Shown here: in pieces, positions 8,606 to 18,414 of the stretch
How positions within the stretch are numbered: the first letter of the stretch is position 1
Layout of the letters: every line of letters begins with the position of its first letter
DNA from: Planctomycetota bacterium
GTDB taxonomy: Bacteria > Planctomycetota > GCA-002687715 > CAIWVZ01
Assembly: GCA_044222185.1 (NCBI GenBank)
Contig: JBGANV010000004.1
Location: forward strand, 128,001-192,000
DNA length: 64,000 nucleotides
Direction: 5' to 3'
Made by a program: the position numbers and the translations under genes
Notes under the pieces: model-generated
Databases searched by the model: none
Seen by the model: the letters and a program-made list of their open reading frames with translations, nothing else
What the model was told of the DNA's origin: nothing

Positions 8606-9676
8606 TCACTTCATGTAGCCGGCGAGACGGGCCGCGACGAGATCACAGCACTTCGCGATGGAGTCCGGCTTGATCCGCGCGAAGTCGTCGTGGTGGTCGT
8701 TTTGGAAATCCACGATCACCCACTCGCCGTCGGGCGCGACGAGGTACGTGTGGACGGCGCCGGTGGTGCCATTGGGCGTCATCATGAAGTCCGTGAACAG
8801 GGCATAGTTCGTCGATCCCTTCTGCGTCTTCATCGCGCTGCGAACCGCCTGCGCGCCGCTCCACAGCACGCGCTGCTCGTTCGCGCTCGCCTCGACGCTG
8901 AACGGGAGCGGTTGCTCGGCGGCCGTCGCGCGCATCGAACCCTGCGCTTCGAGCAACATCGCGAGACGCGACGCCGCCTCGCCGGACCACCCCGTTCCCA
9001 GACGCGATGGGTAGACCGTGACCGATGGCTTGGGATTGGCTGCGCGGAGTTTGGCGAGCCGGCCTTGCATGGCGTCCACCTCGGCCCTGGGGGGAAGACC
9101 CGACTTCTGCTCCATTCGCGCCGCCAGCTTGCCGGTCGGCGCATCGGGACGCATGGGATCGGCCATCTTCAACGGCGATCGGAGGCGCTTCACGAGCAGG
9201 ACACAGCAGTCCATGGGGCAGGTCGGCGGGTTCTCGTCGAAAGCGGCGTCACCCTTGCGATGGCTCTCACGCCAGGTGATCGCGCCCGTTCGATCGACCA
9301 TGACGCCGCGGACCTCGTCAACGCCGTCTCCGGGCGTTCCGAGGAATTCCGCGTAAAGGGCGCCGTCGGTTGCGATGCCGCTCTTGGCGACGTGGGCGCC
9401 GAACGCAGCCGTGCGCTCGGCAAAGTTCATCGCCGGATCGGCGACGAACGGCACGCTGGCCGTTTGCACGTCCTCGACGCCGCCGCGCTCGAGGAACATC
9501 CCGACGACGGTGGCCACGTCCTCGCTCGTCTTCGAGGCGAGGAGAACCGGGTAGACGGTCACCGATCGCGTGGCGACGGCGGAGGCGGTCGGCGCTGGCG
9601 AGGTCTCACGACAGCCGCCGAGCAGGGTGAGCAATGTCAACGTGGTGATGGGGGCGTGGACCAGGGATCGGCGCAT
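8606..9676 (-). CDS. Hypothetical two-domain lipoprotein
   Basis: Lipobox LGGC; internal duplication (SVTVYP occurs twice); Cys clusters CPMDCC and KCCD. Confidence 0.8.
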   Translation of the reverse strand: MRRSLVHAPITTLTLLTLLGGCRETSPAPTASAVATRSVTVYPVLLASKTSEDVATVVGMFLERGGVEDVQTASVPFVADPAMNFAERTAAFGAHVAKSGIATDGALYAEFLGTPGDGVDEVRGVMVDRTGAITWRESHRKGDAAFDENPPTCPMDCCVLLVKRLRSPLKMADPMRPDAPTGKLAARMEQKSGLPPRAEVDAMQGRLAKLRAANPKPSVTVYPSRLGTGWSGEAASRLAMLLEAQGSMRATAAEQPLPFSVEASANEQRVLWSGAQAVRSAMKTQKGSTNYALFTDFMMTPNGTTGAVHTYLVAPDGEWVIVDFQNDHHDDFARIKPDSIAKCCDLVAARLAGYMK

Positions 9677-9694
9677 GAGGATGTCTCCGGATTT

Positions 9695-9720
9695 GTTGTG
9701 TTAGTGAACGCTAACGCAAC
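9695..9720. promoter_or_regulatory. Palindromic putative TetR operator
   Basis: GTTGTGTTAG-TGAACG-CTAACGCAAC, 9/10 inverted repeat. A related site (12/16 match) lies at 10370-10385, upstream of the TetR gene body. Confidence 0.6.
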
Positions 9721-9766
9721 GGGGGAGACGTTCGGAAGCCCGACTATTTCTGAGGAGGGTGGCGGA

Positions 9767-10387
9767 TCAGGGCTGACGCTTGCCGAGGAGCTGCGGTGCG
9801 ACTTGTTCCCAAAGACGGCGGCGCTGCGCGGGAGTGAGGAGGCCCAGCTCGCGACCGACGCTGCCGATGGTGCCCATGCCGATGAGGGCCCAGGCGGCCA
9901 TTTCCGCGTCGGTGCCCCGCGCGGTGCCCCGGTGTTCCACCAGCCGCCGGACGATGAACTCGTGGTATCGCAAGTACATGCGGCCGAGCGCTTCACGGAC
10001 CTGGGAGTCGTCCGTCTCGCTCAGCCCCGCGAAAACGATGCGGTAGAGGCCGTGTTCTCCGTGGTGGCGGGACTCGAACGCAACCAACCGCTCGGCGGTC
10101 GAGCGCTTGTCGCCGGGCGCCATGAGGTCTTCCCATGCCATCGTGGATGCGTCGTAGACGTGGTCGATCACGGCGATGAACATGGCCTTCTTGTCGGGCC
10201 AGAGCCGGTAGAGAGTGACTTCCTGAACCTCGCAGCGCTGGGCGAGCTCGGCCGTCGTCGTTCGGCGGTAGCCGAGTTCGGCGAAGGTCCTTGCCAAGCG
10301 GGGGAGCAGTTCCTTGCGGCGTTCGACCGATCGGTTGGGGCGTGGAATGGTGCACCTCGAGGGCGTTTTGTGGGTGAACACTGACAT
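9767..10387 (-). CDS. TetR/AcrR family transcriptional regulator (start uncertain: ATG 10387 or ATT 10348)
   Basis: FAELGYRRTTTAELAQRCEVQEVTLYRLWPDKKAMF helix-turn-helix. Confidence 0.9.
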   Translation of the reverse strand: MSVFTHKTPSRCTIPRPNRSVERRKELLPRLARTFAELGYRRTTTAELAQRCEVQEVTLYRLWPDKKAMFIAVIDHVYDASTMAWEDLMAPGDKRSTAERLVAFESRHHGEHGLYRIVFAGLSETDDSQVREALGRMYLRYHEFIVRRLVEHRGTARGTDAEMAAWALIGMGTIGSVGRELGLLTPAQRRRLWEQVAPQLLGKRQP

Positions 10388-10449
10388 TCGGGTGCGGTTG
10401 CCGTCAAGCCGTGGCTCCGGACTTTCCGCAGACGATGTATCCTTCCGCC

Positions 10450-10824
10450 ATGCAACGCCGCACGGATCCGCCGACCGAGGACGAGGTGAAGGGCTACTAC
10501 GAGACCCTGCAACAGATCACCTGTGATGACCTGAAGCGGTGGCTGGCGGAGGGGCGGCCGTGCTCGATCCTGGACGTCCGGACCGAAGGCGAATGGCTCG
10601 CGCACCGCATTCCCGGGGCGACGCTCGTTCCCATCCAGGTCCTCGACGAGCGCCTCGAAGACGTGCTTGCGATCCCCGGGCCTCTCGTCGTTCACTGCGA
10701 GCATGGCGTTCGCTCGATGGACGCCTCGCTCTACCTGCTCTGGCAAGGACGCCGGGACGTCGTGAACGTGATCGAAGGCCTGTGCGCGTGGACTGGCCCG
10801 TCCGAGCACGGCCCGAAAACGTAG
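10450..10824 (+). CDS. Rhodanese-like domain protein
   Basis: ILDVRTEGEW..HRIPGA and active-site loop CEHGVRS. Confidence 0.9.
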   Translation: MQRRTDPPTEDEVKGYYETLQQITCDDLKRWLAEGRPCSILDVRTEGEWLAHRIPGATLVPIQVLDERLEDVLAIPGPLVVHCEHGVRSMDASLYLLWQGRRDVVNVIEGLCAWTGPSEHGPKT

Positions 10825-10924
10825 CCGCGCGTCGAAGGGAACCGCGCAAGAGCGCCGGTTTCTCGACCGCCCGAGGGGCGAGAACCGGAGCGCCCGAGCG
10901 ACGAGCAGGCGAGCGACGAGCGAC

Positions 10925-11155
10925 GGAGCGCCAGTTCACCGCCGTCTCGGCGGGAACTGGCCGGATCGCCGCGCGTCCCGCGCGGTCCAACGGGCGTGGA
11001 TTGGGGTTCAGTGCGAGATCACTGACATCGGCATGATCCTCGAATGCAAACCCCCGATGTCGCATCGGCCGGACCGGACTCCTCGGCTGCGCCTCGGTAG
11101 TCCGGCGATCCTGCCGGTCGCGTCGTCGCTGGCGCGACGAGTCGGCCGGCGCTCC
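10925..11155. repeat. 231-bp structured repeat, copy 1 (GGAGCGCC...GGCGCTCC ends)
   Basis: Direct repeat of 11254-11484 with 8 differences counted by eye; terminal inverted repeat and nested hairpins. Confidence 0.95.
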
Positions 11156-11253
11156 TCGCGGCGGCTCTTCGATTGCGGGGTGATTGGAGGCTTTCCGACG
11201 GACTCCCGCGTTCCTTTGCCGACGGCCCGCCTGCGCGCGCGGAGGTTCGCGTC

Positions 11254-11484
11254 GGAGCGCCAGGTCACCGCCGCCTCGGCGGGAACTGGCCGGATCGCCG
11301 CGCGTCCCGCGCGGTCCAACGGGCGTGGATTGGGGTTCAGTGCGAGATCACTGACGCCGGCATGATCCTCGAATGCAAACCCCCAATCTCGCATCGGCCG
11401 GACCGGACTCCTCGGCTTCGCCTCGGTAGTCCGGCGATCCTGCCGGTCGCGTCGTCGCTGACGCGACGAGTCGGCCGGCGCTCC
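11254..11484. repeat. 231-bp structured repeat, copy 2
   Basis: Starts 329 bp after copy 1; ends 2 nt before the stop codon of the convergent gene. Confidence 0.95.
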
Positions 11485-11486
11485 GA

Positions 11487-13778
11487 TCATTTCACTCGTT
11501 CCCAGCCGGCGGGCCAGACGATGTCCTTCGCACGTTCAGGCGGCGACACGTCGAGGCGGACGATCCGGCCCCCGGCGGCCTCGCAGGTGACCGTCGTGTT
11601 CGCCGCAGCGTGAAGCGTGAACGACACGTCCCACTCCTTCGGCCACGCGGGAAGCAGCGCAATCCGCCCACCGGCCTCGATCGACTCGCCCTGGAGCAGC
11701 ATGAGCTGCGTCGTGTTCAGCAAATTCCCGCCGTGGTTCTGATCAGGCAGCCAGTCGTAATTGGGCCCCCACGTCGCCGGCCACCGATACGCCTTGTGCG
11801 AATTGGCGCACTTCACCTTCAGGATGCGCGCCGCTTCGTTCGCCATGCCGAGAGTCGCCGCTACGTTCCCGTCATAGCCCCAGCCGGAATCGAGATGGTT
11901 CTTGCGCGTGTCGTAAGCCGTCATCGCCTCCGGCATCCATTTCGGATCGAGCGTCGACACCAGCCGGAACGGCCACACGGCATACAACTGCCCATTCTCG
12001 CAGTTGCTCTCCGTCTTGTCGTATCGCGAAGCCGGCGCGAGAGCGCGCTTCGTCCCTGCGGGAACCGCGACGTCCTGGATCGGCAGTTCCGGGCACGCAT
12101 CCCGCATGTGTCGGAAGAACGCCCGCTGCTCGACGGTCGTTTCCGACTCCGGCAACGCGACGAGCCGCCGGGTCACGGCGATCAACCCCGCGACCGACGG
12201 CATGTCGTCGACGACTCCCGACCAATACGTCTCCACCACCTGCGTGGGATCGAGGACGATCCGCCCTCGATCGTCCTTCCTGAACCGCGTGTCGAACCAA
12301 GTGAGCACGTCCTGCGCCATGGGCAGTGCCCGTCGCCGCAGGAACCCCGTGTCTCGCGTGAAGTCCCATCGGTCGAGCATCAACGCCACGAGCTCAGGCC
12401 CCTGGTTCCAGGCGTCGTCCCACCACGGGCACTGAACGTCCTTCGGCTTCAACCCCTCGCGCTTCCATCCGTAGTCACCGCCCGAGTACGTGCCGAACAG
12501 CGTCATGGTCTCGGGGAAGTATGCGCCTGCGCATCCGTGATAGATCGCGGACCGATTGTTCGCGAGCGCCCGCGACGCCTCATACAGCCGAAATAGCGGA
12601 TTCATCATCTCCACGTCGCCCGACGTGAGCATGGGGTGATACATGTGCCGCACGTTCTGCCACCAATGGCAATCGCCCCAGTTGCGGTAATCCGGATCGA
12701 AGTTCTGTCCCAGCGCGACCGGCTCGACCGTGTAGAACCCACCGTTGAACTTGATCGGCCACGCGCCGCGCCCCTGGCAGGCCTGCACGAAGCGCTGAAG
12801 CATGTAGCCCCGCGTGATCGACGCGCCCACCTCCGGCGTCGCCGGACTGGAGACGAACACGCTCGCGCGCCGCCAGAATGCGTCCCACCAGGCTCGCGTG
12901 CGCGCGACGGCCGCCCGCGAATCCCGTGACCGCGCCGCCTCGCGCTCGAGGCCGCGCTTCCAAGCGTCGACCGACTCCGTCACGTCCGTGTGCGTGGCGA
13001 CCCGGAGCTCGAACGTCGTCATGGGATCGCGACTGTGGATAGTCCGCGCATCCGATCTCACGAATCCCTCTCCCTCGAGGCACCCGCCGAACGTCCGCCG
13101 GTAGATCGGATCGAACGTGCCGACGACGCCCGTCAGCGATTGCAGTTCGAGGAGACGCGGTACGACGGTCGTCTCGTTGCGGTGGTACCAGGTGATCGCG
13201 TTGCCCGTTTCTTCGAACACGTCCGCCGATTCCACGAGGTCGAAGGGCGCATCGTGGACGGCCCAAGCCGATCGCTGCTCCGCTCCCGTGATCTTTCGCG
13301 GCGCATTGCGCCAGCATTCGACGGAGGCCGTGATCGATCGCGCCACGGGCGACTCTCCGGCGACGTGAACGACGCCCGCGTCACTGTCGACGAAGATCGC
13401 GAGGCGCGTGCTGCGCCCCGAGATCGTGATCATTCCCGTCCGGAGGTGGACCTCCTGGACGAAATCTCCTGCGTTCCTGAACGGCGCCCGCTCGATCGTC
13501 AGCCGGATCCGTCCGAGTTTCAGGACGCGGCTGATCTCCGAAACCGAGTCCGTTCGCGCGACGAGGATCAGCACGTCGCCGGTCGCCGCTTCGACCCAGA
13601 CGTTGAGCACGACCTCGCCGTTGCCGAGCGGCATGGAGCCGGCGGCGTCCTTGGACGGCGATTCCCAGCGCACGTTCTGCCCGTCGAGGCGCGACTCCCA
13701 GCTCGGTCTCGAGTCTTGTGAGGCGCTCATTCGCGCGGCGGCGAGAAGCACCATGGCGATGAGGACTGGCGATCTCAT
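11487..13778 (-). CDS. DUF5703 / GH95-like glycoside hydrolase
   Basis: Signal peptide; GSMPLGNGE; PIKFNGG; DYRNWG..WWQNVRHMY; NYDWLPDQNHGG; LLPAWPKEWDVSFTLHA. Confidence 0.85.
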   Translation of the reverse strand: MRSPVLIAMVLLAAARMSASQDSRPSWESRLDGQNVRWESPSKDAAGSMPLGNGEVVLNVWVEAATGDVLILVARTDSVSEISRVLKLGRIRLTIERAPFRNAGDFVQEVHLRTGMITISGRSTRLAIFVDSDAGVVHVAGESPVARSITASVECWRNAPRKITGAEQRSAWAVHDAPFDLVESADVFEETGNAITWYHRNETTVVPRLLELQSLTGVVGTFDPIYRRTFGGCLEGEGFVRSDARTIHSRDPMTTFELRVATHTDVTESVDAWKRGLEREAARSRDSRAAVARTRAWWDAFWRRASVFVSSPATPEVGASITRGYMLQRFVQACQGRGAWPIKFNGGFYTVEPVALGQNFDPDYRNWGDCHWWQNVRHMYHPMLTSGDVEMMNPLFRLYEASRALANNRSAIYHGCAGAYFPETMTLFGTYSGGDYGWKREGLKPKDVQCPWWDDAWNQGPELVALMLDRWDFTRDTGFLRRRALPMAQDVLTWFDTRFRKDDRGRIVLDPTQVVETYWSGVVDDMPSVAGLIAVTRRLVALPESETTVEQRAFFRHMRDACPELPIQDVAVPAGTKRALAPASRYDKTESNCENGQLYAVWPFRLVSTLDPKWMPEAMTAYDTRKNHLDSGWGYDGNVAATLGMANEAARILKVKCANSHKAYRWPATWGPNYDWLPDQNHGGNLLNTTQLMLLQGESIEAGGRIALLPAWPKEWDVSFTLHAAANTTVTCEAAGGRIVRLDVSPPERAKDIVWPAGWERVK

Positions 13779-13868
13779 GACGATCTCCGTCGGCGGCGGC
13801 GGTGCCGCAGGTGCATCGTACAGGCGTCGGGTCGGGACGGCCGCGAGACGGTGCTGTAGACTTCGAGC

Positions 13869-14618
13869 ATGGCTCTCGCGGACGACTACGAGCGGCAGTT
13901 CGGGTGGCGCAGCTGGGATGTCGCGATGGACGCGCTTCCACCGACGCATGGCGCGCTGATCCTCGATCTGGGTTGCGGCATCGGAGACCAGGCCGCCATG
14001 CTGGCCGCGCGCGGAGCGCGGGTCATCGGCATCGACGGGAACGAGGAGTTGCTGGCGGCGGCGCGCAAGCCCGCGCGGCCCGGCGTCGAGTTCCGGCTCC
14101 ATGACCTCCGCGCGATCCCCGAGTCCGCCGTGCTCGCGGACGGGATCTGGGCGAGCTTCAGCGCGGCGTACTTCGTGGACCTCGTGCCCGTGCTTCGGTC
14201 GTGGACGACCCTCCTTCGACCGGGCGGCTGGGTGGCGCTGACCGAGATCGACGACCTCTTCGGGCACGAACCTCTGAGTGCGGAGGCCAAGGCCGCCTTC
14301 GAAGCCTATTCCGCCGATGCGCTGCTGCACGCGCGATACGACTTTCACATGGGACGGAAGCTCCGCCGCAACCTCGAGGCGGCCGGGCTCCGCGTCGAGA
14401 AGGAACTGGTGCTTCCCGATCGCGAGCTCGCGTTCGACGGCCCCGCGGCCTCCGACGTCCTCGCTGCATGGAGCGCGCGCCTCGACCGGATGAAGCTGCT
14501 TCACGACCATTGCGGCGCGCGCTTTCCGGCGATTCGCGACGAGTTCCTCGCGTGCCTCGGACGCGGCGATCACCGATCGACGTCCGCAGTGCGTTTCTGC
14601 CTCGCCACGCGCACGTGA
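13869..14618 (+). CDS. Class I SAM-dependent methyltransferase
   Basis: ILDLGCGIG motif I; LLRPGGWV. Confidence 0.88.
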   Translation: MALADDYERQFGWRSWDVAMDALPPTHGALILDLGCGIGDQAAMLAARGARVIGIDGNEELLAAARKPARPGVEFRLHDLRAIPESAVLADGIWASFSAAYFVDLVPVLRSWTTLLRPGGWVALTEIDDLFGHEPLSAEAKAAFEAYSADALLHARYDFHMGRKLRRNLEAAGLRVEKELVLPDRELAFDGPAASDVLAAWSARLDRMKLLHDHCGARFPAIRDEFLACLGRGDHRSTSAVRFCLATRT

Positions 14619-14630
14619 CGCGCCGTCCGT

Positions 14631-15476
14631 TCACATCCGCGCGAGGAACAGCAGAACGCCCGCGCCGACGAGCAAGCGGTAAAGCGCGAACGGGATGAAT
14701 CCGCTGCGTCGCACCCACTTCGTGAACCACTTCACCACGAACACGGCGACGAGGAACGACACGAGAAATCCGATTGCGAGCGCAGTTTTCTGGTGGAACG
14801 TCATGGCCGGGTGCGGCGCCTCGCCGGCCGACGGCTTCAGATCCTTCACGAACGCGAACACCGTGGCGACGAGCATGGTCGGAAGCGAGACGAAGAACGA
14901 GAACTCGAGCGCTACCGATCGCGAGAGGCCGAGCATCTGGCCGGCGGCGATCGTGCACATGGACCGGCTCGTCCCGGGGAACACCGCCGACAGCGTCTGC
15001 ACGAGGCCGATGATCAGCGCCTGTCGGATCGTCATGTCCTCGAGTCGCTCGACGCGTGGCGCGCGGAACTGCACGTCAACGAGCCACATGATGACACCGC
15101 CGACGACGAGGGCGATGCCGATGACGGTCAGGCTTTCGAGGTTCGTGTCGATGAGCTTGCGGAGGGCGAACGCGGGGACTGCCGTCCCGAGGAAGGCCAG
15201 CATCACGAGGCCGACCGGATGGGCCAGTGCGCTATCAGCGCGAAATGGTCGCGGAAACGTCTTCGCGAACCCGGCGATCCGTTCCCAGAAGCAAAAAGGC
15301 AGCGCGAGGACGGCGCCGAGCTGGATGACGATCGAGAACATCTTCCAGTACGGCGAGTCCAGTTCGAGACTGAACAGCTTTTCGAAGATCCGCAGGTGCG
15401 CCGTCGAGCTGACGGGGAGGAACTCGGTGAGGCCTTCGACGATCCCGAGGATCCCGGCCAGGAAGTTGATGTTCAC
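14631..15476 (-). CDS. uppP: Undecaprenyl-diphosphate phosphatase
   Basis: GIVEGLTEFLPVSSTAHL and PGTSRS BacA motifs; multiple transmembrane segments. Confidence 0.95.
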   Translation of the reverse strand: MNINFLAGILGIVEGLTEFLPVSSTAHLRIFEKLFSLELDSPYWKMFSIVIQLGAVLALPFCFWERIAGFAKTFPRPFRADSALAHPVGLVMLAFLGTAVPAFALRKLIDTNLESLTVIGIALVVGGVIMWLVDVQFRAPRVERLEDMTIRQALIIGLVQTLSAVFPGTSRSMCTIAAGQMLGLSRSVALEFSFFVSLPTMLVATVFAFVKDLKPSAGEAPHPAMTFHQKTALAIGFLVSFLVAVFVVKWFTKWVRRSGFIPFALYRLLVGAGVLLFLARM

Positions 15477-15587
15477 GGGCGCTCCGCGCCGCCGACGCGG
15501 CGGCGGCGCCACGGTATCGGCGGCGGGCCGTCAGGCAATGGCACTTTGAGCTGGAGATGAGTGCGCGCGTGACGCGACGATGTCGCG

Positions 15588-17273
15588 TCAGAGATTGATC
15601 GTCGCGAGCGTGGAGTAGTCGTTGCCGAAGACGTCTTTTCGAATGAAGACGAATTGCGTCGGGCCGTTGGAGAGGAACGGCGTGCACAGCGTGAACGATT
15701 GAGTGGCCCCGGGGAGGAGCGGGAGGCTCTCCTGGCCGGTCGTGTAACCGTTGGATTGCGAGAGCTGCACTTCGAGCGAGCCGTCGAGTGCCGCGTTCAC
15801 GAGGCTTCCGCCGGTGAACGACGCGGCGCACGTCGCGAAGGGGCTTCCGGCGTTCGACAGCGTCACAGTCGCACCGGGAGCGAAATATCCTGGGCACGCG
15901 GCCAGCACCTGCGATGGGTTCGTCGCCACGTCGACGGCGCCGCGGAGCGGGATGTTCGTCAGCGTCAGCGGCGTGCTCGCGTCGTTCCAGTTGATCGTGA
16001 TGGTGTATTGATCGACGGGCAGCGCGCCCGACTCGATCCGCGGCAGCCGGGAAGTGCCTGACGCGGCCAGTTCCACGTTGAGGTTCCAGTATCCGCCGTA
16101 GGAGGTGAGCGATTGGGTGCCGGAACTGGCCGACGTCGACTGGTTCGTGCCGTTCACCGTGAGGAGTTGCGGCCCCGTGCATGTCACCGAGCTGATGCCG
16201 GCATGCAGATTCCTCTCGTCGAAGATGTCCACGTTGAGAAACGCGCTGACGCCTTGGTTCGCTGCCGTGGTCGTTGCTGCCGGCCCGAGCTGCAACCGCA
16301 CTTCGACGTCGACGGGGAGCTGGTCACCGTCGAATCGCCACACGCCACCCTGCTCGATCGCGCGGAGGTTGAAGAGCCGGCTGCGCGAACTGAGCGGCGG
16401 CAGCGGCGAGCACGATGGCGTGAGGTGTTCACGAAGTTCCATGTAGGCCGTCACTGCCTGGCCGGCAGTGGGTGCGCCGCTCGGCAGCGACCCCGAGGAT
16501 GCCGTGTTCGGACCGAGTCCAAGGAAGTCGGCCGGGCCGGGCACTCCATCCGACGAGGGGAGATTCTCCTGGATCGACGACGCGAGGAACTGGCCCCCGT
16601 TGCTCCCCGCGATCATGAAGCCGGGCGTGAGCAGGCTCATCAGATAGAGCGGGTTCGTCGGGGACGTCGAATACGCATCGACGGTGTTGCGGAAGAGCAC
16701 GTCGAGCGTGGGGTCGGTCTGGACGCGCACGGTGCCGGTCAGGCGGACTCCCGATGCCACGGTCGGGTCGAAGACCGCGGCCTGGAGATTCAGCGCGGGC
16801 GTGCCGGCGGGCAGTCCCGACGCCGCCACGAACGTCCACGCGCCCGACGAGCCCGTGTTTGCACCGAGGCTCAAGAAGTTCGGCGGAATGGGTGAGTATC
16901 CGTCGGCGATCAACTGGGATTGGAGGAGGTCCAATTCGATGCGCTGCGTTCCCACGATCGTCGGACTGGCTGCGATGGGTCCCAGCAGCAGCACGACCGG
17001 TCGTCCCGTATTGCCCTGCACGCGGAATTCGAGCGAGGTCAGCGGTGCCGTTCGATGTGTGTAGGCCGGCGCCACCGTCGATGGCGTTCCTGCCGTCTGT
17101 GAGTTCGTTGCGATGAGCGCACCGACCGGGTTCACGCGGCCCGTGCCGTTGATCGACAGCGCGCCCTGTGCCGAGTTCAATTGCGCCTGGCCCGAAGCGA
17201 TGGTGGTGCACACGCACAACGTGATCACCGATGACACGAACGCAGCACACTGGCGGTTGGAGCTTCTGACCAT
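15588..17273 (-). CDS. Secreted multidomain hypothetical protein
   Basis: Signal peptide ending IASG/QAQ; Ser/Thr/Gly-rich beta content; internal copy of the shared domain (LQAAVFDPTVASGVRLT). Confidence 0.8.
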   Translation of the reverse strand: MVRSSNRQCAAFVSSVITLCVCTTIASGQAQLNSAQGALSINGTGRVNPVGALIATNSQTAGTPSTVAPAYTHRTAPLTSLEFRVQGNTGRPVVLLLGPIAASPTIVGTQRIELDLLQSQLIADGYSPIPPNFLSLGANTGSSGAWTFVAASGLPAGTPALNLQAAVFDPTVASGVRLTGTVRVQTDPTLDVLFRNTVDAYSTSPTNPLYLMSLLTPGFMIAGSNGGQFLASSIQENLPSSDGVPGPADFLGLGPNTASSGSLPSGAPTAGQAVTAYMELREHLTPSCSPLPPLSSRSRLFNLRAIEQGGVWRFDGDQLPVDVEVRLQLGPAATTTAANQGVSAFLNVDIFDERNLHAGISSVTCTGPQLLTVNGTNQSTSASSGTQSLTSYGGYWNLNVELAASGTSRLPRIESGALPVDQYTITINWNDASTPLTLTNIPLRGAVDVATNPSQVLAACPGYFAPGATVTLSNAGSPFATCAASFTGGSLVNAALDGSLEVQLSQSNGYTTGQESLPLLPGATQSFTLCTPFLSNGPTQFVFIRKDVFGNDYSTLATINL

Positions 17274-17514
17274 GGCACGACCTCGCGGACGGAGCCTGCG
17301 ACCTGGAACTTCGAATGGGAGATCATAGGGCGAGACTCGCGCGTCTCGCAACGGCGAGCTCGCCGCTCGTGAGGCCATTTGCCGTGATTTCGCAACTCGA
17401 CGTCAACGCGCGCCTTCTTGGCGGTGGTCGACGACGGGAACGGTCGGGTGGCTTCACTGTCTTCGGCCGAAACCCCGTGATCTGAGTGGCAGGCGAGGGT
17501 GTAGGATCTGCCGC

Positions 17515-18414
17515 ATGCCCGTCGTGCGATGGCTTCCGTGGTTCGCCGGTTTGCGAGTCGCACCGCTCATGGCGATGTGTTGCCTGGCGATCGCCATGGG
17601 ACTCGGAGCCTGCTCGAAGCCGCCCCCGGACGCCACGCCAAAGGACGATGCGGCGCCCCTGCCGATCCGCGTGCCAGTCGTCGACTTCGGTGAGGACGAG
17701 CCGACAGCGCAACCGGGGATCCAGATTCGCGTCGAGGTCTTCCACCTGCCGCGGCTCCGCGTTCGGTGTGATGCGTGTGATGCGGGTCGGTGCTGTCTCG
17801 AGGAGTCGCATCATCGGACTCTCGTCAATGGTGTTGAGAGGACCTTCGCTGACCTCCGTGATGGCGTTGAGGCGACCTTCGCGGACCTCCGTGCGCGCGT
17901 GGCGGCGCGCGCCAACCCGCATGCCGAGGTGGGGCGGCTTGAATGGCTGCCCCGCACGGTGATCGTGCGCATGGACGAAGGATGTGCGTTTGAATGGTTC
18001 GAGCGAATCGCCGAAGCGGCAGCGTCGGTGATCCGGGATTGCCCCTGCATCGCAGTCGAAGCGGTAGCGCGAGACAGTCGGAAGCCTGTCCTGGTCTGGC
18101 TTCGCACGCCCCCAGACTGCATGGGCATCGGTCGCCTGCATATGATCGCCGGCATGACCGGGCCGGGACCCGACGCGCACGTCTGGCGGTACTTCGGCAG
18201 TGAGACGATCCCGGACGGCGAAGTCAGTGACTCGCAGCTACGGGCTTCCCTCCAGCGGGAATTGGCCGACCCCGACGTTCGCGAGCCGCGGCTCGTCCTC
18301 GATATTTCGCCACGCGTCGCCATGAAGGAGGTCGTTCACCTCATCGACATCGCTCGATCCGCTGGGTTCAAAGGCGAAATCAGTTTCGTGTGGCCGTCGC
18401 GCCCAATCCGGTAG
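17515..18414 (+). CDS. Lipoprotein with two ExbD/TolR-like domains
   Basis: LGAC lipobox; VIVRMDEGCAFEWF and LVLDISPRVAMKEVVHLIDIARSAGF resemble the ExbD periplasmic motif. Start uncertain. Confidence 0.6.
   Translation: MPVVRWLPWFAGLRVAPLMAMCCLAIAMGLGACSKPPPDATPKDDAAPLPIRVPVVDFGEDEPTAQPGIQIRVEVFHLPRLRVRCDACDAGRCCLEESHHRTLVNGVERTFADLRDGVEATFADLRARVAARANPHAEVGRLEWLPRTVIVRMDEGCAFEWFERIAEAAASVIRDCPCIAVEAVARDSRKPVLVWLRTPPDCMGIGRLHMIAGMTGPGPDAHVWRYFGSETIPDGEVSDSQLRASLQRELADPDVREPRLVLDISPRVAMKEVVHLIDIARSAGFKGEISFVWPSRPIR
17828..17893 (+). repeat. In-frame 33-bp tandem duplication
   Basis: atggtgttgagaggaccttcgctgacctccgtg followed by atggcgttgaggcgaccttcgcggacctccgtg. Confidence 0.85.

Noticed and set aside
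10925-11484. Possible CRISPR array, integron attC sites, or small ORFs (11033-11365, 11008-11490)
   Set aside because: Units are 231 bp with no short repeat-spacer pattern, no cas or integrase gene, and no attC core sites that I could see; the ORFs are translations of the repeat.
13779-14573. N-terminal extension of the 1028-aa ORF, and similar extensions on 51911, 50989, 59599 and 60768
   Set aside because: They overlap genuine neighbouring genes; the real starts are marked by signal peptides or stop/start overlaps.
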